Origin: Clostridiales bacterium
GTDB lineage: Bacteria; Bacillota; Clostridia; Oscillospirales; CAG-272
DNA length: 64,000 nt
Assembly: GCA_012519315.1 (NCBI GenBank)
Contig: JAAYQM010000058.1
Span: 3,062-67,061, forward strand
Direction: 5' to 3'
The position numbers were made by a program, and so were the translations under genes. Of this stretch, positions 9,847 through 20,584 are shown piece by piece (within the stretch, counting starts at the first letter, position 1; each line of letters begins with the position of its first letter). The notes beneath the pieces are model-generated. The model searched no databases and was not told where the DNA came from. It saw only the letters and a program-made list of their open reading frames with translations.

Positions 9847-10854
9847 ATGTCAAAACATATCGGAATAGATTTGGGAACGGCAAATACCCTCGTTTATATG
9901 AAAGGAAAGGGCATCGTCTTAAGAGAGCCCTCTGTCGTTGCCATTGACTCACGGGGATCAAAGGTATTGGCTGTCGGAGGAGAAGCAAAGCTCATGCTCG
10001 GAAAAACGCCGGGCGCCATCTCCGCATTGCGCCCTCTTAAAAACGGTGTTATTGCCGACTTTGACTATACAGCCACCATGCTTCACTATTTTTTCAAAAA
10101 GGTTGTGGGGAGCACTCTTTTCAGCCGACCGAAGGTTATTGTCTGCATTCCCTACGGAGTGACCGGCGTTGAGCGTCGTGCCGTCGAGGACGCAACGCTT
10201 GAGGCCGGCGCGAAAAGCGTGGCACTTATCGAAGAGCCCATCGCCGCAGCCATAGGTGCCGGACTGCGTGTCGGAGATGCCCGGGGCAGTATGATTGTTG
10301 ATATCGGCGGAGGCACTACCGAGGTAGCCGTCATCAGCCTCGGCGGCATCGTAATATCCAACTCCTTGCGTATTGCGGGCGACGAGCTGGATAATGCCAT
10401 CGTTTCTTATATCAAGCGAAAATATAATGTCTTAATCGGCGAAATAACCGCCGAAATGCTGAAAAAAACCATCGGCTCCGTTCATCCGTCAACCGATTCC
10501 GGTGTTATGGAAATACGCGGCCGCAACCTGCTCAGCGGTCTGCCTGCGATCATTCAGATAAACTCGGCAGAAATACGGGAAGCGATGGGTGAGCAGATAA
10601 GCCATATTGTTGACTGCATCCGTACCACTCTTGAAAAAACGCCGCCTGAGCTTTCATCGGATATTTACGATATGGGTATCGCTCTGTCGGGAGGCGGAGC
10701 ACTTTTGAATGGTTTAGATGTTCTGCTGGCACAGACAACAGGCATTCGAGCAACGATAGCCAAGCGTCCCCTCGACTGTGTAGCCTGCGGTATCGGTAAA
10801 GTAATCGAAAGTGCAACCAACAATCCAAACACTGTCATGTATCGCAATCGCTAA
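9847..10854 (+). CDS. mreB: Rod shape-determining protein MreB
   Basis: Contains IGIDLGTANTLVY, EPIAAAIGAG and DIGGGTTEVAVIS, the actin-fold phosphate motifs. Followed by mreC and mreD. Confidence 0.95.
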   Translation: MSKHIGIDLGTANTLVYMKGKGIVLREPSVVAIDSRGSKVLAVGGEAKLMLGKTPGAISALRPLKNGVIADFDYTATMLHYFFKKVVGSTLFSRPKVIVCIPYGVTGVERRAVEDATLEAGAKSVALIEEPIAAAIGAGLRVGDARGSMIVDIGGGTTEVAVISLGGIVISNSLRIAGDELDNAIVSYIKRKYNVLIGEITAEMLKKTIGSVHPSTDSGVMEIRGRNLLSGLPAIIQINSAEIREAMGEQISHIVDCIRTTLEKTPPELSSDIYDMGIALSGGGALLNGLDVLLAQTTGIRATIAKRPLDCVACGIGKVIESATNNPNTVMYRNR

Positions 10855-10903
10855 GTCTGTCCACAAAAACAAGCATTGTATTGTATAGAAAGAGATTGAG
10901 AAA

Positions 10904-11743
10904 ATGAAACGGTTTTTTGGCAGCAATTTTTTTATCGGTCTGCTCATTGTTGCAATCATATTGGTCACCGTTCCGTCGGTGCTTTCCTTTATGGGCTTTT
11001 CCGGCTATGTCAGAAACGCTTTCGGAGTAGTGCTAACCACCTTGCAACATCCCGTCACCTTTGTAGCAGACGCCATAGACGGCTACCGAATGTATTTTAG
11101 AGAGTTTGACCGGTTGCGGGATGAAAACATTCAGCTACGGGAAAAATTGCTAGCATTAGAAGATAAAATCTATAACGCCCAACTGTTAGAAGAGGAAAAC
11201 AATTGGCTTCGCACCTATCTCAGTCTTCAACGGGAGCATACCGACTATCAACTTGAGCCTGCCACTGTTGTCGGCAGAGAGGCAGGTAATTACATGACCG
11301 TTTTTACTATCAACCGCGGGTCCCTTCACAATATAAAGGTCAATATGCCTGTCATAACCCCTGAAGGAATTGTCGGTTATGTCGCCGAGGTCGGACTGAC
11401 TTGGTCCAAGGTATCAACATTAATCGATACCGCCACCGCAGTTGGCGCCTATATCGAACGTTCAGGCGCTCTCGGTCTTGTGGAGGGGGAATACTCCCTA
11501 AGAGACCAAGGTCTGTGCAAGCTGGACTATCTTGATCCTGAGGTCGATATCTCAGTGGGCGACCGCGTTCTCTCAAGCGGGCTTGGAAGCGTTTATCCGC
11601 GGGGTCTCCTTATTGGAAAGATTGTGGAAATTATACCAAATGCCTACAGCCGCAATCTTATAGCCATCATTAAAACAGAGGTTGACCTCGAATCCCTATC
11701 CCAGGTTATGATTATCAAGAGCTTTGATGTCTATGTCGAATAA
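10904..11743 (+). CDS. mreC: Rod shape-determining protein MreC
   Basis: N-terminal TM segment, a coiled coil (ENIQLREKLLALEDK) and beta-barrel-type motifs (PVITPEGIVGYV, GDRVLSSGLGSVYPRGLLIG). Position is between mreB and mreD. Confidence 0.85.
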   Translation: MKRFFGSNFFIGLLIVAIILVTVPSVLSFMGFSGYVRNAFGVVLTTLQHPVTFVADAIDGYRMYFREFDRLRDENIQLREKLLALEDKIYNAQLLEEENNWLRTYLSLQREHTDYQLEPATVVGREAGNYMTVFTINRGSLHNIKVNMPVITPEGIVGYVAEVGLTWSKVSTLIDTATAVGAYIERSGALGLVEGEYSLRDQGLCKLDYLDPEVDISVGDRVLSSGLGSVYPRGLLIGKIVEIIPNAYSRNLIAIIKTEVDLESLSQVMIIKSFDVYVE

Positions 11744-11803
11744 CGCAAACGGCTGAAAACATAAACTGGCTCTATAAATGAAAAGGCAGGAGGAAAAAGG
11801 GTC

Positions 11804-12340
11804 TTGAACTTAAACTTTGATATTAAGAAAACCACCGTTTTAAAAATGCTGACCTATTTAGGACTTCTCTGCTTTTTCGCCGTTCTTCAAACTGCCTTTT
11901 TCTCCCGCTTCGGTCTTTTCGACTCAACACCGGATCTCATGTTTGCCGGCGTTATCACCATCTCTATGTTTGAGGGGGAAAAAGGGGGCGGAATCGCCGG
12001 TATTGCGGCAGGCTTTCTGATTGAATCGATCGGTGGGGTGGGGCTTTCTCTTCTCCCCCTGCCTTATATGCTCTGCGGCTATATCTGCGGACTTTGCTTC
12101 AATTATATCTACAATCGAAACTTTGCCACCTGGGCTTTGTTCATTCTCATATCCTTTATTTTTCGTGAAGTCTTCACCCTTATGTACATCTCCATCATTC
12201 GACCCTCCACATCCTTTTTTTACGCATTTCGGTCGGTCCTTCTGCCCGAATATTTCAGTTCGGTCCTTGCAGCGCCCCTCCTGTATTTTTTGATTCGTCC
12301 CGTTGCCAAGCTTTTCCACAGAGGACGATCCCTCTCCTGA
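11804..12340 (+). CDS. mreD: Rod shape-determining protein MreD
   Basis: Polytopic 178-aa membrane protein directly after mreC. The TTG start lies 10 nt after AGGAGG. An alternative ATG is at 11846. Confidence 0.7.
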   Translation: MNLNFDIKKTTVLKMLTYLGLLCFFAVLQTAFFSRFGLFDSTPDLMFAGVITISMFEGEKGGGIAGIAAGFLIESIGGVGLSLLPLPYMLCGYICGLCFNYIYNRNFATWALFILISFIFREVFTLMYISIIRPSTSFFYAFRSVLLPEYFSSVLAAPLLYFLIRPVAKLFHRGRSLS

Positions 12341-12444
12341 TTGCAGATGCGAATATTTCATATGTTAAATATGCTTTAAATACATAAAGACCCGAATCTT
12401 TCAATCGAGAGCAAAATCCCGTTTGACTGAAAGGATTCTAAACT

Positions 12445-14514
12445 ATGAAAATTAAAAAGATCAGCTTGTCGCGCAACATTATGATGATAGGCTTCTTTGT
12501 CATCATCTGCCTTGTCTACTGCGCAAAGCTTATCAGCATACAAATTGCCGGGCGCGACTTTTATGAGTTGGTTTCAACCTACACATACACCCGCACCGAA
12601 ACGATCACTGCACAGCGCGGTGAAATTTTCGATCGCAACGGCACCCCCCTTGTTACAAACATCTATACTAGAAATATTGTTTTTGATTATGCCAGTATGC
12701 CGGTCTACAAGGATGAATTCAATGATGTTATCCTCCGAACCCTCGAAATATTCGAGAAAACCGGCAATCTTGATAAGATTTCTCAAAGTGCCCTCCCCCT
12801 TGAGGGAGTCTACCCAGATCTTAAATTCAGCGACGAATTCCTCGGACATTCGGGCAATCTTAGCAAATTTAAGCGAATGCTGAGCAGCTTTAATCTGTCC
12901 GAAAACACCGACAGCGCAAAGCTGACTAATTTTTTAGTTAGGCGATATGCCCTTGTAGACGGTAACGGGAAGGGACGTTATACCGACCGTCAAATTACCC
13001 GGCTGCTCCAAATCCGCTACGACATGGAATATAAAAAATTCAGCACACGCCAGCCCTATATTCTTGCCGAAGATGTCGACATTGCTTTAATCACACAACT
13101 AAAAGAGATTAACATTCGGGGCATCTCGGTTACCGAGACGGTACAGCGCCACTACAACTACCCCGGATATGCCTCGCACATTCTCGGTCGAGTGGGAAAA
13201 ATCCCCTCCGAAAATGTTGACTATTATAGGGAACTGGGCTATTCCCTTGACGCAACTGTGGGGATTCTTGGCGCCGAAAAGGTTTTTGAGAATTATCTCC
13301 GCGGCATTGACGGGCAGCGCACCATTATCGAGGATGCCTACGGAAATATTCTGGAGGAGAGGATAACCAAAGAGCCGGTCGCCGGTAAGGATGTATGGCT
13401 GACCATTGATATTAATATGCAAATTATCGCCGAGGATGCCCTTAAAAACAACATCAATCTGATCGTTGAAAATGCAAAAAACAAAAAGGGTGCCTTAAAC
13501 GGAGAGGACGCCTCGGCCGGTGGCATTACAGTGGTTTCTCCCAAAACGGGAGAGGTACTTGCCATGGGCTCTTATCCGACCTTTGACCTTGCAACTTATA
13601 ACTCGGACTACAGCACCCTTTCAACCGATCCTCTGCGCCCGCTTTTCAACCGTGCCCTCACCGGGCTCTACTCGCCCGGCTCCACCTTTAAGCTGGCAAC
13701 CGCTACCGCCGCCTTAACCGAAAATATCATCACCAAAGACACAAAAATTACCGACAAGGGCATTTACACCTACTACCCCGATTATCAGCCGAGATGCCAT
13801 ATCTATGTCAACTACGGGATAACCCACGGCACTATAAATGTAGTTCAGGCCATTCAGCACTCATGCAACTACTTTTTCTATGAAATCGGACGCCTATTAA
13901 CCATCGACCGTTTAAACAGCTTCTCCCGCCAGCTTGGACTGGGAGATCTTACGGGAATCGAGTTCCCGGAGCCGATCGGAATTCTTGCCGGACCGGAATA
14001 CCGCGAAAACAACGGTCTTGAGCCGTGGTCGCCCGGCGACACTCTCCAGGCATCCATCGGTCAGTCGGACAACGCCTTTTCTCCGTTGCAGCTCGGCGTA
14101 TATATGTCAACCCTCCTAAACGGCGGAACACGCTACCGTATCCACCTGTTACACAGCGTGCACGAGTATTCATCAAAAGCCGAGATTATGCTTGTTCCGC
14201 CCGAAATAAAAAGTTCGATCAATCTGTCACAGGAGCACGCACAGCTAATAAAATCCGCTATGAAAAGCGTTGTAGAAAGCGGATCGGCTGCCCGCCTCTT
14301 CAGAAACTACCCGATCGAAATGGGCGGAAAAACCGGAACGGCACAGGTCAGCAAAACAAAGAGCGCCAATGCAATATTTATTGCCTTTGCCCCCTTTGAC
14401 GATCCGGAAATCGTCGTTTCCTGCATCATTGAGCAGGGGGCAACAGGAATCGATGCGGGATATGCCATTCGAGACGTTTTCGATTATTACTTTGACATCG
14501 ATAGCAACTCCTAA
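12445..14514 (+). CDS. mrdA: Penicillin-binding protein 2 (elongasome transpeptidase)
   Basis: N-terminal TM anchor, SxxK (GSTFKLAT), SxN (HSCNYFF) and KTG (GGKTGTAQ). Follows mreBCD. Confidence 0.9.
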   Translation: MKIKKISLSRNIMMIGFFVIICLVYCAKLISIQIAGRDFYELVSTYTYTRTETITAQRGEIFDRNGTPLVTNIYTRNIVFDYASMPVYKDEFNDVILRTLEIFEKTGNLDKISQSALPLEGVYPDLKFSDEFLGHSGNLSKFKRMLSSFNLSENTDSAKLTNFLVRRYALVDGNGKGRYTDRQITRLLQIRYDMEYKKFSTRQPYILAEDVDIALITQLKEINIRGISVTETVQRHYNYPGYASHILGRVGKIPSENVDYYRELGYSLDATVGILGAEKVFENYLRGIDGQRTIIEDAYGNILEERITKEPVAGKDVWLTIDINMQIIAEDALKNNINLIVENAKNKKGALNGEDASAGGITVVSPKTGEVLAMGSYPTFDLATYNSDYSTLSTDPLRPLFNRALTGLYSPGSTFKLATATAALTENIITKDTKITDKGIYTYYPDYQPRCHIYVNYGITHGTINVVQAIQHSCNYFFYEIGRLLTIDRLNSFSRQLGLGDLTGIEFPEPIGILAGPEYRENNGLEPWSPGDTLQASIGQSDNAFSPLQLGVYMSTLLNGGTRYRIHLLHSVHEYSSKAEIMLVPPEIKSSINLSQEHAQLIKSAMKSVVESGSAARLFRNYPIEMGGKTGTAQVSKTKSANAIFIAFAPFDDPEIVVSCIIEQGATGIDAGYAIRDVFDYYFDIDSNS

Positions 14515-14556
14515 CGAAGAACAACAACAACAACACCCGAACAAGGATATAGAAAA

Positions 14557-15255
14557 TTGAACAAGAAACAGAAAAAAGCCCGTATCGCCCAAATCGTTGA
14601 GGCTCTGAAATCAATCTATCCCGACCCGAAGTGCGCCCTTGAATATAATGGAGATCCGTGGAAACTATTAGTGTTAGGTCGCCTTTCCGCACAATGCACC
14701 GATGCCAGAGTCAACCAAATAGCACCCGCCCTTTTCGCCCGTTATCCGACAGCAAAAGATATGGCGAAGGCCGAGCTGCCCGAGCTTGAAGCGTATATAA
14801 AATCCTGCGGCTTGTATAAAACTAAAGCAAAGAATCTCAAGGATGCCTCCGCCCTTCTTGTAGAAAAATACGATGGGGTCTTGCCCGACAATATTGAGGA
14901 GCTTCTCCTTTTCCCCGGGGTCGGAAGAAAAATTGCCAACCTGCTTCTGGGCGACATATTCAACAAGCCCGCTATTGTCACCGATACCCATTGCATTCGG
15001 ATATGCGGTCGGTTTGGTATGTATCCGACAACCGAAAAAAATCCCTACAAGATCGAGCGAATCCTGTCCGATTTGATAATTCCCGCGGAACAATCTGATT
15101 TTTGTCACAGAATTGTGCTCTTCGGACGTGAATACTGCATGGCACGTTCTCCGCGCTGCGGCGAATGCCCGATCCGTCAATTATGCAACTATTACGAATC
15201 GCAATTAAAAACAAAACAAACCCAAGCAAAGAAGGAAAAATATGAGTCAAATTAA
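14557..15255 (+). CDS. nth: Endonuclease III
   Basis: Contains LSAQCTDARVN, HhH-GPD (LLFPGVGRKIANLLL) and the 4Fe-4S cluster loop CMARSPRCGECPIRQLC. TTG start. Confidence 0.9.
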   Translation: MNKKQKKARIAQIVEALKSIYPDPKCALEYNGDPWKLLVLGRLSAQCTDARVNQIAPALFARYPTAKDMAKAELPELEAYIKSCGLYKTKAKNLKDASALLVEKYDGVLPDNIEELLLFPGVGRKIANLLLGDIFNKPAIVTDTHCIRICGRFGMYPTTEKNPYKIERILSDLIIPAEQSDFCHRIVLFGREYCMARSPRCGECPIRQLCNYYESQLKTKQTQAKKEKYESN

Positions 15256-16480
15256 AGATATCACCCTCGCTCCCGGCGGACATGCCAAAATCAACTGGGT
15301 TCGAGGCTATATGCCTGTTTTAAACGCCATACATGAACAATTCAAAATTCATCAGCCCTTCAAGGGCGAAAAGATCGCCATGTCCATTCATCTGGAGGCA
15401 AAAACCGCCTACCTTGCCATGGTGCTGCGCGACGGGGGCGCCGAGGTACGGGTTACCGGCTGCAATCCCCTGTCCACCCAGGATGACGTAGCCGCCGCTC
15501 TGGTAGATGCCGGCTTCGAGGTCAACGCATGGCGCGGAGTCAACGACGAGGAGTACCTCCGGCATCTCAAAGCCACCCTTGCCCTCTGCCCCGATGTTTT
15601 AATAGATGACGGAGGAGATCTTATCCAGCTTCTTCACGGCGAATGCAGAGAATACGGCAAAAACCTGATCGGCGGTTGCGAGGAAACAACAACAGGGATC
15701 TCTCGTCTCAAGGCTCGAGAGGCAAAGGGAATGCTGGATTATACCATGATCAATGTCAATGACGCCAACTGCAAGCATCTTTTTGACAATCGATACGGAA
15801 CCGGACAATCCACCTTGGACAGCATCATGCACAGCACCAACCTCATCATAGCCGGAAAGACAGTGGTCATCGCCGGCTACGGCTGGTGCGGCAAAGGGGT
15901 TGCAATGCGCGCTAAGGGAATGGGCGCCGTTGTTATTGTTACTGAAATTGATCCGGTTAAAGCAATCGAGGCCGTCATGGACGGATTTACCGTCATGCCA
16001 ATGGCGGATGCCGCCCCGCTGGGAGATTTGTTTATCACCCTGACAGGTTGCTGCGATGTCATCCGTGCCGAGCATTTTAAGCTGATGAAGGACGGCGTTC
16101 TTCTGGCTAACGCCGGTCACTTTGATGTTGAAATCGATAAAAATTCCCTTGCCGCCATGGCAACCGAGATTTTCGAACGCAAGTCCGACATTACCGGCTA
16201 CCGCATGCCCGACGGACGTATGCTGAACCTGCTTGCCGAAGGGCGATTGGTCAACCTTGCGGCAGGCAACGGACACCCGGCCGAAATTATGGATATGAGC
16301 TTTGCCATTCAGGCAAAAAGCCTTGAGTATTTGGTAAAAAACAAAGGAAAGCTTCAGCACAGGGTTTATAGCGTGCCTGAACAAATCGACAACGAGGTGG
16401 CTGCATTGAAGCTTGCCGCCATGGGTAAATCCATCGACACACTGCTGGAACATCAAATCAGCTATCTAAACCAAATTTAA
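15242..16480 (+). CDS. ahcY: Adenosylhomocysteinase
   Basis: Contains GCNPLSTQDDVAAAL, EETTTG and the NAD site IAGYGWCGKGVA. Length is 412 aa. Overlaps nth by 14 nt. Confidence 0.9.
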   Translation: MSQIKDITLAPGGHAKINWVRGYMPVLNAIHEQFKIHQPFKGEKIAMSIHLEAKTAYLAMVLRDGGAEVRVTGCNPLSTQDDVAAALVDAGFEVNAWRGVNDEEYLRHLKATLALCPDVLIDDGGDLIQLLHGECREYGKNLIGGCEETTTGISRLKAREAKGMLDYTMINVNDANCKHLFDNRYGTGQSTLDSIMHSTNLIIAGKTVVIAGYGWCGKGVAMRAKGMGAVVIVTEIDPVKAIEAVMDGFTVMPMADAAPLGDLFITLTGCCDVIRAEHFKLMKDGVLLANAGHFDVEIDKNSLAAMATEIFERKSDITGYRMPDGRMLNLLAEGRLVNLAAGNGHPAEIMDMSFAIQAKSLEYLVKNKGKLQHRVYSVPEQIDNEVAALKLAAMGKSIDTLLEHQISYLNQI

Positions 16481-16491
16481 CAGACCATCTT

Positions 16492-16529
16492 CACCGGCAT
16501 TGTCGATACTGTCATTGCCGGTGTTTTTC
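16492..16529 (+). terminator. Rho-independent terminator after ahcY
   Basis: CACCGGCA...TGCCGGTG stem followed by TTTTT. Confidence 0.55.
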
Positions 16530-16619
16530 TTTGCTTTAAAAAGCAGTGTATCACATCAAAAAGGTTGTTTTGCTACATTTTTGCTGCTTTTTTGCGAAAG
16601 CGAAGCCTATCGCTTTATT

Positions 16620-16662
16620 AAAAAACACAATCCCCTGAAGGAAAATTTCCTTCAGGGGATTT
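16620..16662 (-). terminator. Rho-independent terminator after PFOR
   Basis: Perfect 14-bp stem AATCCCCTGAAGGA/TCCTTCAGGGGATT. On the minus strand it is followed by GTGTTTTTT. Confidence 0.75.
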
Positions 16663-16703
16663 GTTTATGATGCTATTATCTTAAAATCAGAGGCAAAACT
16701 CAA

Positions 16704-19700
16704 TTAACTGTTATAGAATTCTGCCATTTTCACAAGGCGCTCATATTTCTCACGAGACTTTTTCTCAGCCTCGGCAAAGAGTTTTTCCGCTCTCTCCGGG
16801 AAGGAAAGGGCAAGACGGTTATAGCGCGTTTCATTCTTGATAAAGTCGATATAGCTGGCGCTAGGTGCCTTGCAATCAATGGTGAAGGGATTTTTGCCCT
16901 CAGCCTTCAGAGCCGGGTTATAGCGGAAGATCTGCCAATATCCGGCCTCGACAGCACGCTTCATCTCGCTCTGGCAATTTCCCATACCGCCTTTGAGACC
17001 GTGCATTTCGCAGGGAGAATAGCAGATAATGAGGGACGGGCCCGGATAAGCCTCCGCCTCGGTAATTGCCTTCAAGGTCTGATTCATATCTGCACCCATA
17101 GCAATCTGAGCCACATAGACATAGCCGTAAGAAATTGCGATCTGAGCAAGATCCTTCTTGACAATTTCCTTACCTGCGGCGGCAAACTGAGCAACCTGAC
17201 CTAGCTGAGTAGCCTTAGATGCCTGTCCGCCGGTATTTGAGTAAACCTCGGTGTCAAACACCATGATGTTTACATCCTCGCCGGAAGCTATGACATGGTC
17301 AAGACCTCCGAATCCGATATCATATGCCCAGCCATCTCCACCGAATATCCAAACCGACTTTTTAGCAAGATAGCTCTTATTCTCAAGTATCTTGCGACTC
17401 AAATCGTTGTCCACTCTCTCAAGCAGGGCAATCAATTCCTTTGTTGCCGGTGCATTTTCTTTGCTGTTTTCCTTTGTATCAAGGAATTTATCGATAATGG
17501 CGCGGTCCTCGTCCGAATCAAGGGAATCACGCAACTGCTCAACATAGCCGATCAAGCGGTTACGGATAGTCTTCTGACCGAGATAGATGCCGAGACCATG
17601 CTCTGCGTTGTCCTCAAAGAGACTGTTTGCCCAAGCCGGTCCGCATCCGCTATCCTTGTTAACAGTGTAAGGAGTTGAAGGTGCAGATCCGCCCCAGATG
17701 GAGGAACAACCGGTGGCGTTGGAAATATACATTCTTTCGCCAAAGAGCTGGGTAACAAGTCTTGCATAAGAAGTTTCAGCACAACCGGCGCAAGAACCGG
17801 AGAACTCAAGCAACGGCTGATTGAACTGGCTTCCCTTTATAGTTGTATCCGCAAAAGGAGTCTGCTTCTTTTTGACATTGGCTGTCATATAATTAAAGAC
17901 TTCCTGCTGTGCTCTCTGTGACTCCTGCGACTTCATAACAAGGGCCTTTGTCTTAGCGGGACAAACGTTTGCACAAAGGGCACATCCCATACAATCAAGG
18001 GGGCTGATGCTGATAGCAAACTTATATTGGTCAACGCCCTTGCCCCTCATCGGCAGCAGTTTTGTATCTGAAGGAGCATTGGCAACCTCCTCCTCATCAA
18101 GCGCAAAGGCGCGGATAGTTGCATGGGGGCAGACAAATGCACACTGATTACACTGAATGCAGTTTTCGGGCAGCCACTCAGGAACGTCAACCGCTACGCC
18201 ACGCTTTTCATAAGCGGCGGAGCCTTGAGGGAAGGTGCCGTCCACATGGTCAACGAAGGCTGATACAGGCAGTGAATCACCCTGCATTTTTGCCGCTGGC
18301 ATAACGACTGTATTCACAAATTTAACAAGATCTTCTCTGCTACCGATAGAGAGCTGCTCGACAGAATCATCTTTAAGATCAGCCCATGATGCCGGAACAT
18401 CAATCTTCACAACGGCAGAAACACCTGCATCAATTGCGTCATAATTCATCTTAACAATGGCTTCGCCCTTCTTCGAATAGGATTTGTAAGCCGCCTTTTT
18501 CATGTATTCAACGGCTTTTTCCATCGGAAGAATATTAGCCAGAGCAAAGAATGCCGACTGCAAGATTGTGTTGGTACGCTTGCCCATGCCGATCTCACGG
18601 GCCTTGTCAATTGCATTTACAATATAGAAATTAATGTTGTTCTGTGCAATATATCTCAGAGCATCTGCGGGGAGATGATCGGCAAGCTCCTCGGGTGACC
18701 ACTGACAGTTAAGCAGGAAGGTTCCGTTAGGCTTAACATCCTGAACAATCTTGAACCCCTTGAGCATATATGAGGGATTGTGGCAGGCAACAAAATCGGC
18801 CTTGCTGACATAATAGGTGGATTTTATCGGCTTGTCGCCAAAGCGCAAGTGGGAAATCGTTACGCCGCCTGTTTTCTTTGAGTCATACTGGAAATAGGCT
18901 TGTACATACTTATCGGTATGGTCGCCAATAATCTTAATGGAGTTCTTGTTAGCACCGACAGTTCCGTCGCCGCCAAGACCCCAGAACTTGCAGCTGATAG
19001 TTCCCTCAGGAGAGGTGTCGGGCGCCGGCTTCTCTTCAAGAGACATATGAGTCACATCATCCACGATGCCTATGGTGAAGTTATTCTTCGGCTGATCGGC
19101 CTTCAGATTCTCATAAACAGCAAAAATGCTCTGAGGCGGAGTATCCTTCGAACCGAGACCGTAACGACCGCCGACAATCTTTGCAGAGATGCTGCTGGAG
19201 GCAAGAGCGGTTACAACATCAAGGTATAAAGGCTCGCCAAGTGCGCCGGGCTCCTTGGTACGATCAAGAACGGCAATCTTTTTAACCGTTTCGGGAATAG
19301 CTTCAATCAGCTTGGAAGCCACAAAGGGGCGATAGAGACGCACCTTGACAAGACCGACCTTTTCGCCGGCTGCCAGCATATAGTCAATTACTTCCTCAAT
19401 CGTGTCGCAGACAGAACCCATAGCAATGATAATACGCTCGGCGTCGGGAGCGCCATAGTAGTTAAAGAGCTTGTAATCAGTGCCGATCTCGGCATTGACC
19501 TTATCCATATATTCTTCTACAATGGCAGGAAGGCGGTCGTAATAAACATTACATGCCTCACGATGCTGGAAGAAAATATCTCCGTTTTCAGCACTACCGC
19601 GAAGAACTGGTTTTTCAGGATTAAGGGAACGCGCACGGAAATCTGCGATAGCTTCTTTGTCAACTAAGCGATCAAGATCTTCATAATCCCAAACCTCGAC

Positions 19701-20246
19701 TTTTTGAATCTCGTGGGATGTGCGGAACCCGTCAAAGAAGTTAATAAAGGGAACGCGACCCTTGATGGTTGCAAGGTGCGCAACAGCTCCAAGGTCCATA
19801 ACTTCTTGGGGATTGGTATTTGCAAGCATGGCAAATCCGGTCTGACGACATGCATAAACGTCGGAATGATCCCCGAAGATATTAAGCGCGTGGGATGCTA
19901 CCGTACGCGCCGACACATGTATAACACAGGGCAGTAGCTCTCCTGCTATTTTATACATATTCGGAATCATCAATAACAGACCTTGAGATGCGGTATATGT
20001 GGTAGTAAGGGCGCCTGCAGCAAGGCTGCCGTGAACGGTACCGGCGGCACCTGCCTCAGACTGCATTTCTATAACCGTTACCTTATCTCCAAAAATATTA
20101 TTCAGTCCATTGGTGGACCAAACATCGGTCAATTCGGCCATAACACTTGAGGGTGTGATGGGATAGATTGCTGCAACCTCGGTAAACGCATAGCTCACAT
20201 GCGCCGCCGCCGTATTGCCATCCATAGATAACTTTCTTCTTGCCAT
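16704..20246 (-). CDS. nifJ: Pyruvate:ferredoxin (flavodoxin) oxidoreductase, single-chain
   Basis: 1180 aa with two ferredoxin CxxCxxCxxxCP motifs (CIQCNQCAFVCP, CMGCALCANVCP) and a TPP-binding GGDGWAYDIG motif. Confidence 0.95.
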   Translation of the reverse strand: MARRKLSMDGNTAAAHVSYAFTEVAAIYPITPSSVMAELTDVWSTNGLNNIFGDKVTVIEMQSEAGAAGTVHGSLAAGALTTTYTASQGLLLMIPNMYKIAGELLPCVIHVSARTVASHALNIFGDHSDVYACRQTGFAMLANTNPQEVMDLGAVAHLATIKGRVPFINFFDGFRTSHEIQKVEVWDYEDLDRLVDKEAIADFRARSLNPEKPVLRGSAENGDIFFQHREACNVYYDRLPAIVEEYMDKVNAEIGTDYKLFNYYGAPDAERIIIAMGSVCDTIEEVIDYMLAAGEKVGLVKVRLYRPFVASKLIEAIPETVKKIAVLDRTKEPGALGEPLYLDVVTALASSSISAKIVGGRYGLGSKDTPPQSIFAVYENLKADQPKNNFTIGIVDDVTHMSLEEKPAPDTSPEGTISCKFWGLGGDGTVGANKNSIKIIGDHTDKYVQAYFQYDSKKTGGVTISHLRFGDKPIKSTYYVSKADFVACHNPSYMLKGFKIVQDVKPNGTFLLNCQWSPEELADHLPADALRYIAQNNINFYIVNAIDKAREIGMGKRTNTILQSAFFALANILPMEKAVEYMKKAAYKSYSKKGEAIVKMNYDAIDAGVSAVVKIDVPASWADLKDDSVEQLSIGSREDLVKFVNTVVMPAAKMQGDSLPVSAFVDHVDGTFPQGSAAYEKRGVAVDVPEWLPENCIQCNQCAFVCPHATIRAFALDEEEVANAPSDTKLLPMRGKGVDQYKFAISISPLDCMGCALCANVCPAKTKALVMKSQESQRAQQEVFNYMTANVKKKQTPFADTTIKGSQFNQPLLEFSGSCAGCAETSYARLVTQLFGERMYISNATGCSSIWGGSAPSTPYTVNKDSGCGPAWANSLFEDNAEHGLGIYLGQKTIRNRLIGYVEQLRDSLDSDEDRAIIDKFLDTKENSKENAPATKELIALLERVDNDLSRKILENKSYLAKKSVWIFGGDGWAYDIGFGGLDHVIASGEDVNIMVFDTEVYSNTGGQASKATQLGQVAQFAAAGKEIVKKDLAQIAISYGYVYVAQIAMGADMNQTLKAITEAEAYPGPSLIICYSPCEMHGLKGGMGNCQSEMKRAVEAGYWQIFRYNPALKAEGKNPFTIDCKAPSASYIDFIKNETRYNRLALSFPERAEKLFAEAEKKSREKYERLVKMAEFYNS

Positions 20247-20461
20247 TATAGTCCTCCTGATAAATTAAGTTAAACATATATTAATATCATATCACTTTTT
20301 GGTTTCAAAGTAAATATCTAATTGCTTATTTGTTTTTATTTTGTCAATTATGTCAAAAAAGCTACTTTCACTGCATTTTATCTTATTGTTTATGATTGAT
20401 TTGCCGGCATCGACGCGATAAAGAGATTCGCCGCAAATAGCGCCATAAATAATATCGGCAT

Positions 20462-20490
20462 TTGACAAACAACCTGCAAATGTGTATGAT
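20462..20490 (+). promoter_or_regulatory. Candidate sigma-A promoter for the response-regulator-like gene
   Basis: TTGACA, a 17-nt spacer, then TATGAT, about 95 nt upstream of the ATG at 20585. Confidence 0.4.
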
Positions 20491-20584
20491 AAAGATAAAA
20501 ATACAGACTGTCTGCCCGAAGGAAACCCCTCCGAAACAGGGACACCCTCGCCCCTACACCAATTCTCAAAACTGAGGAAACAAT

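Noticed and set aside
15599-16456. 285-aa ORF on the minus strand
   Set aside because: It is antisense to adenosylhomocysteinase and has no recognisable motifs, so it is a shadow ORF.
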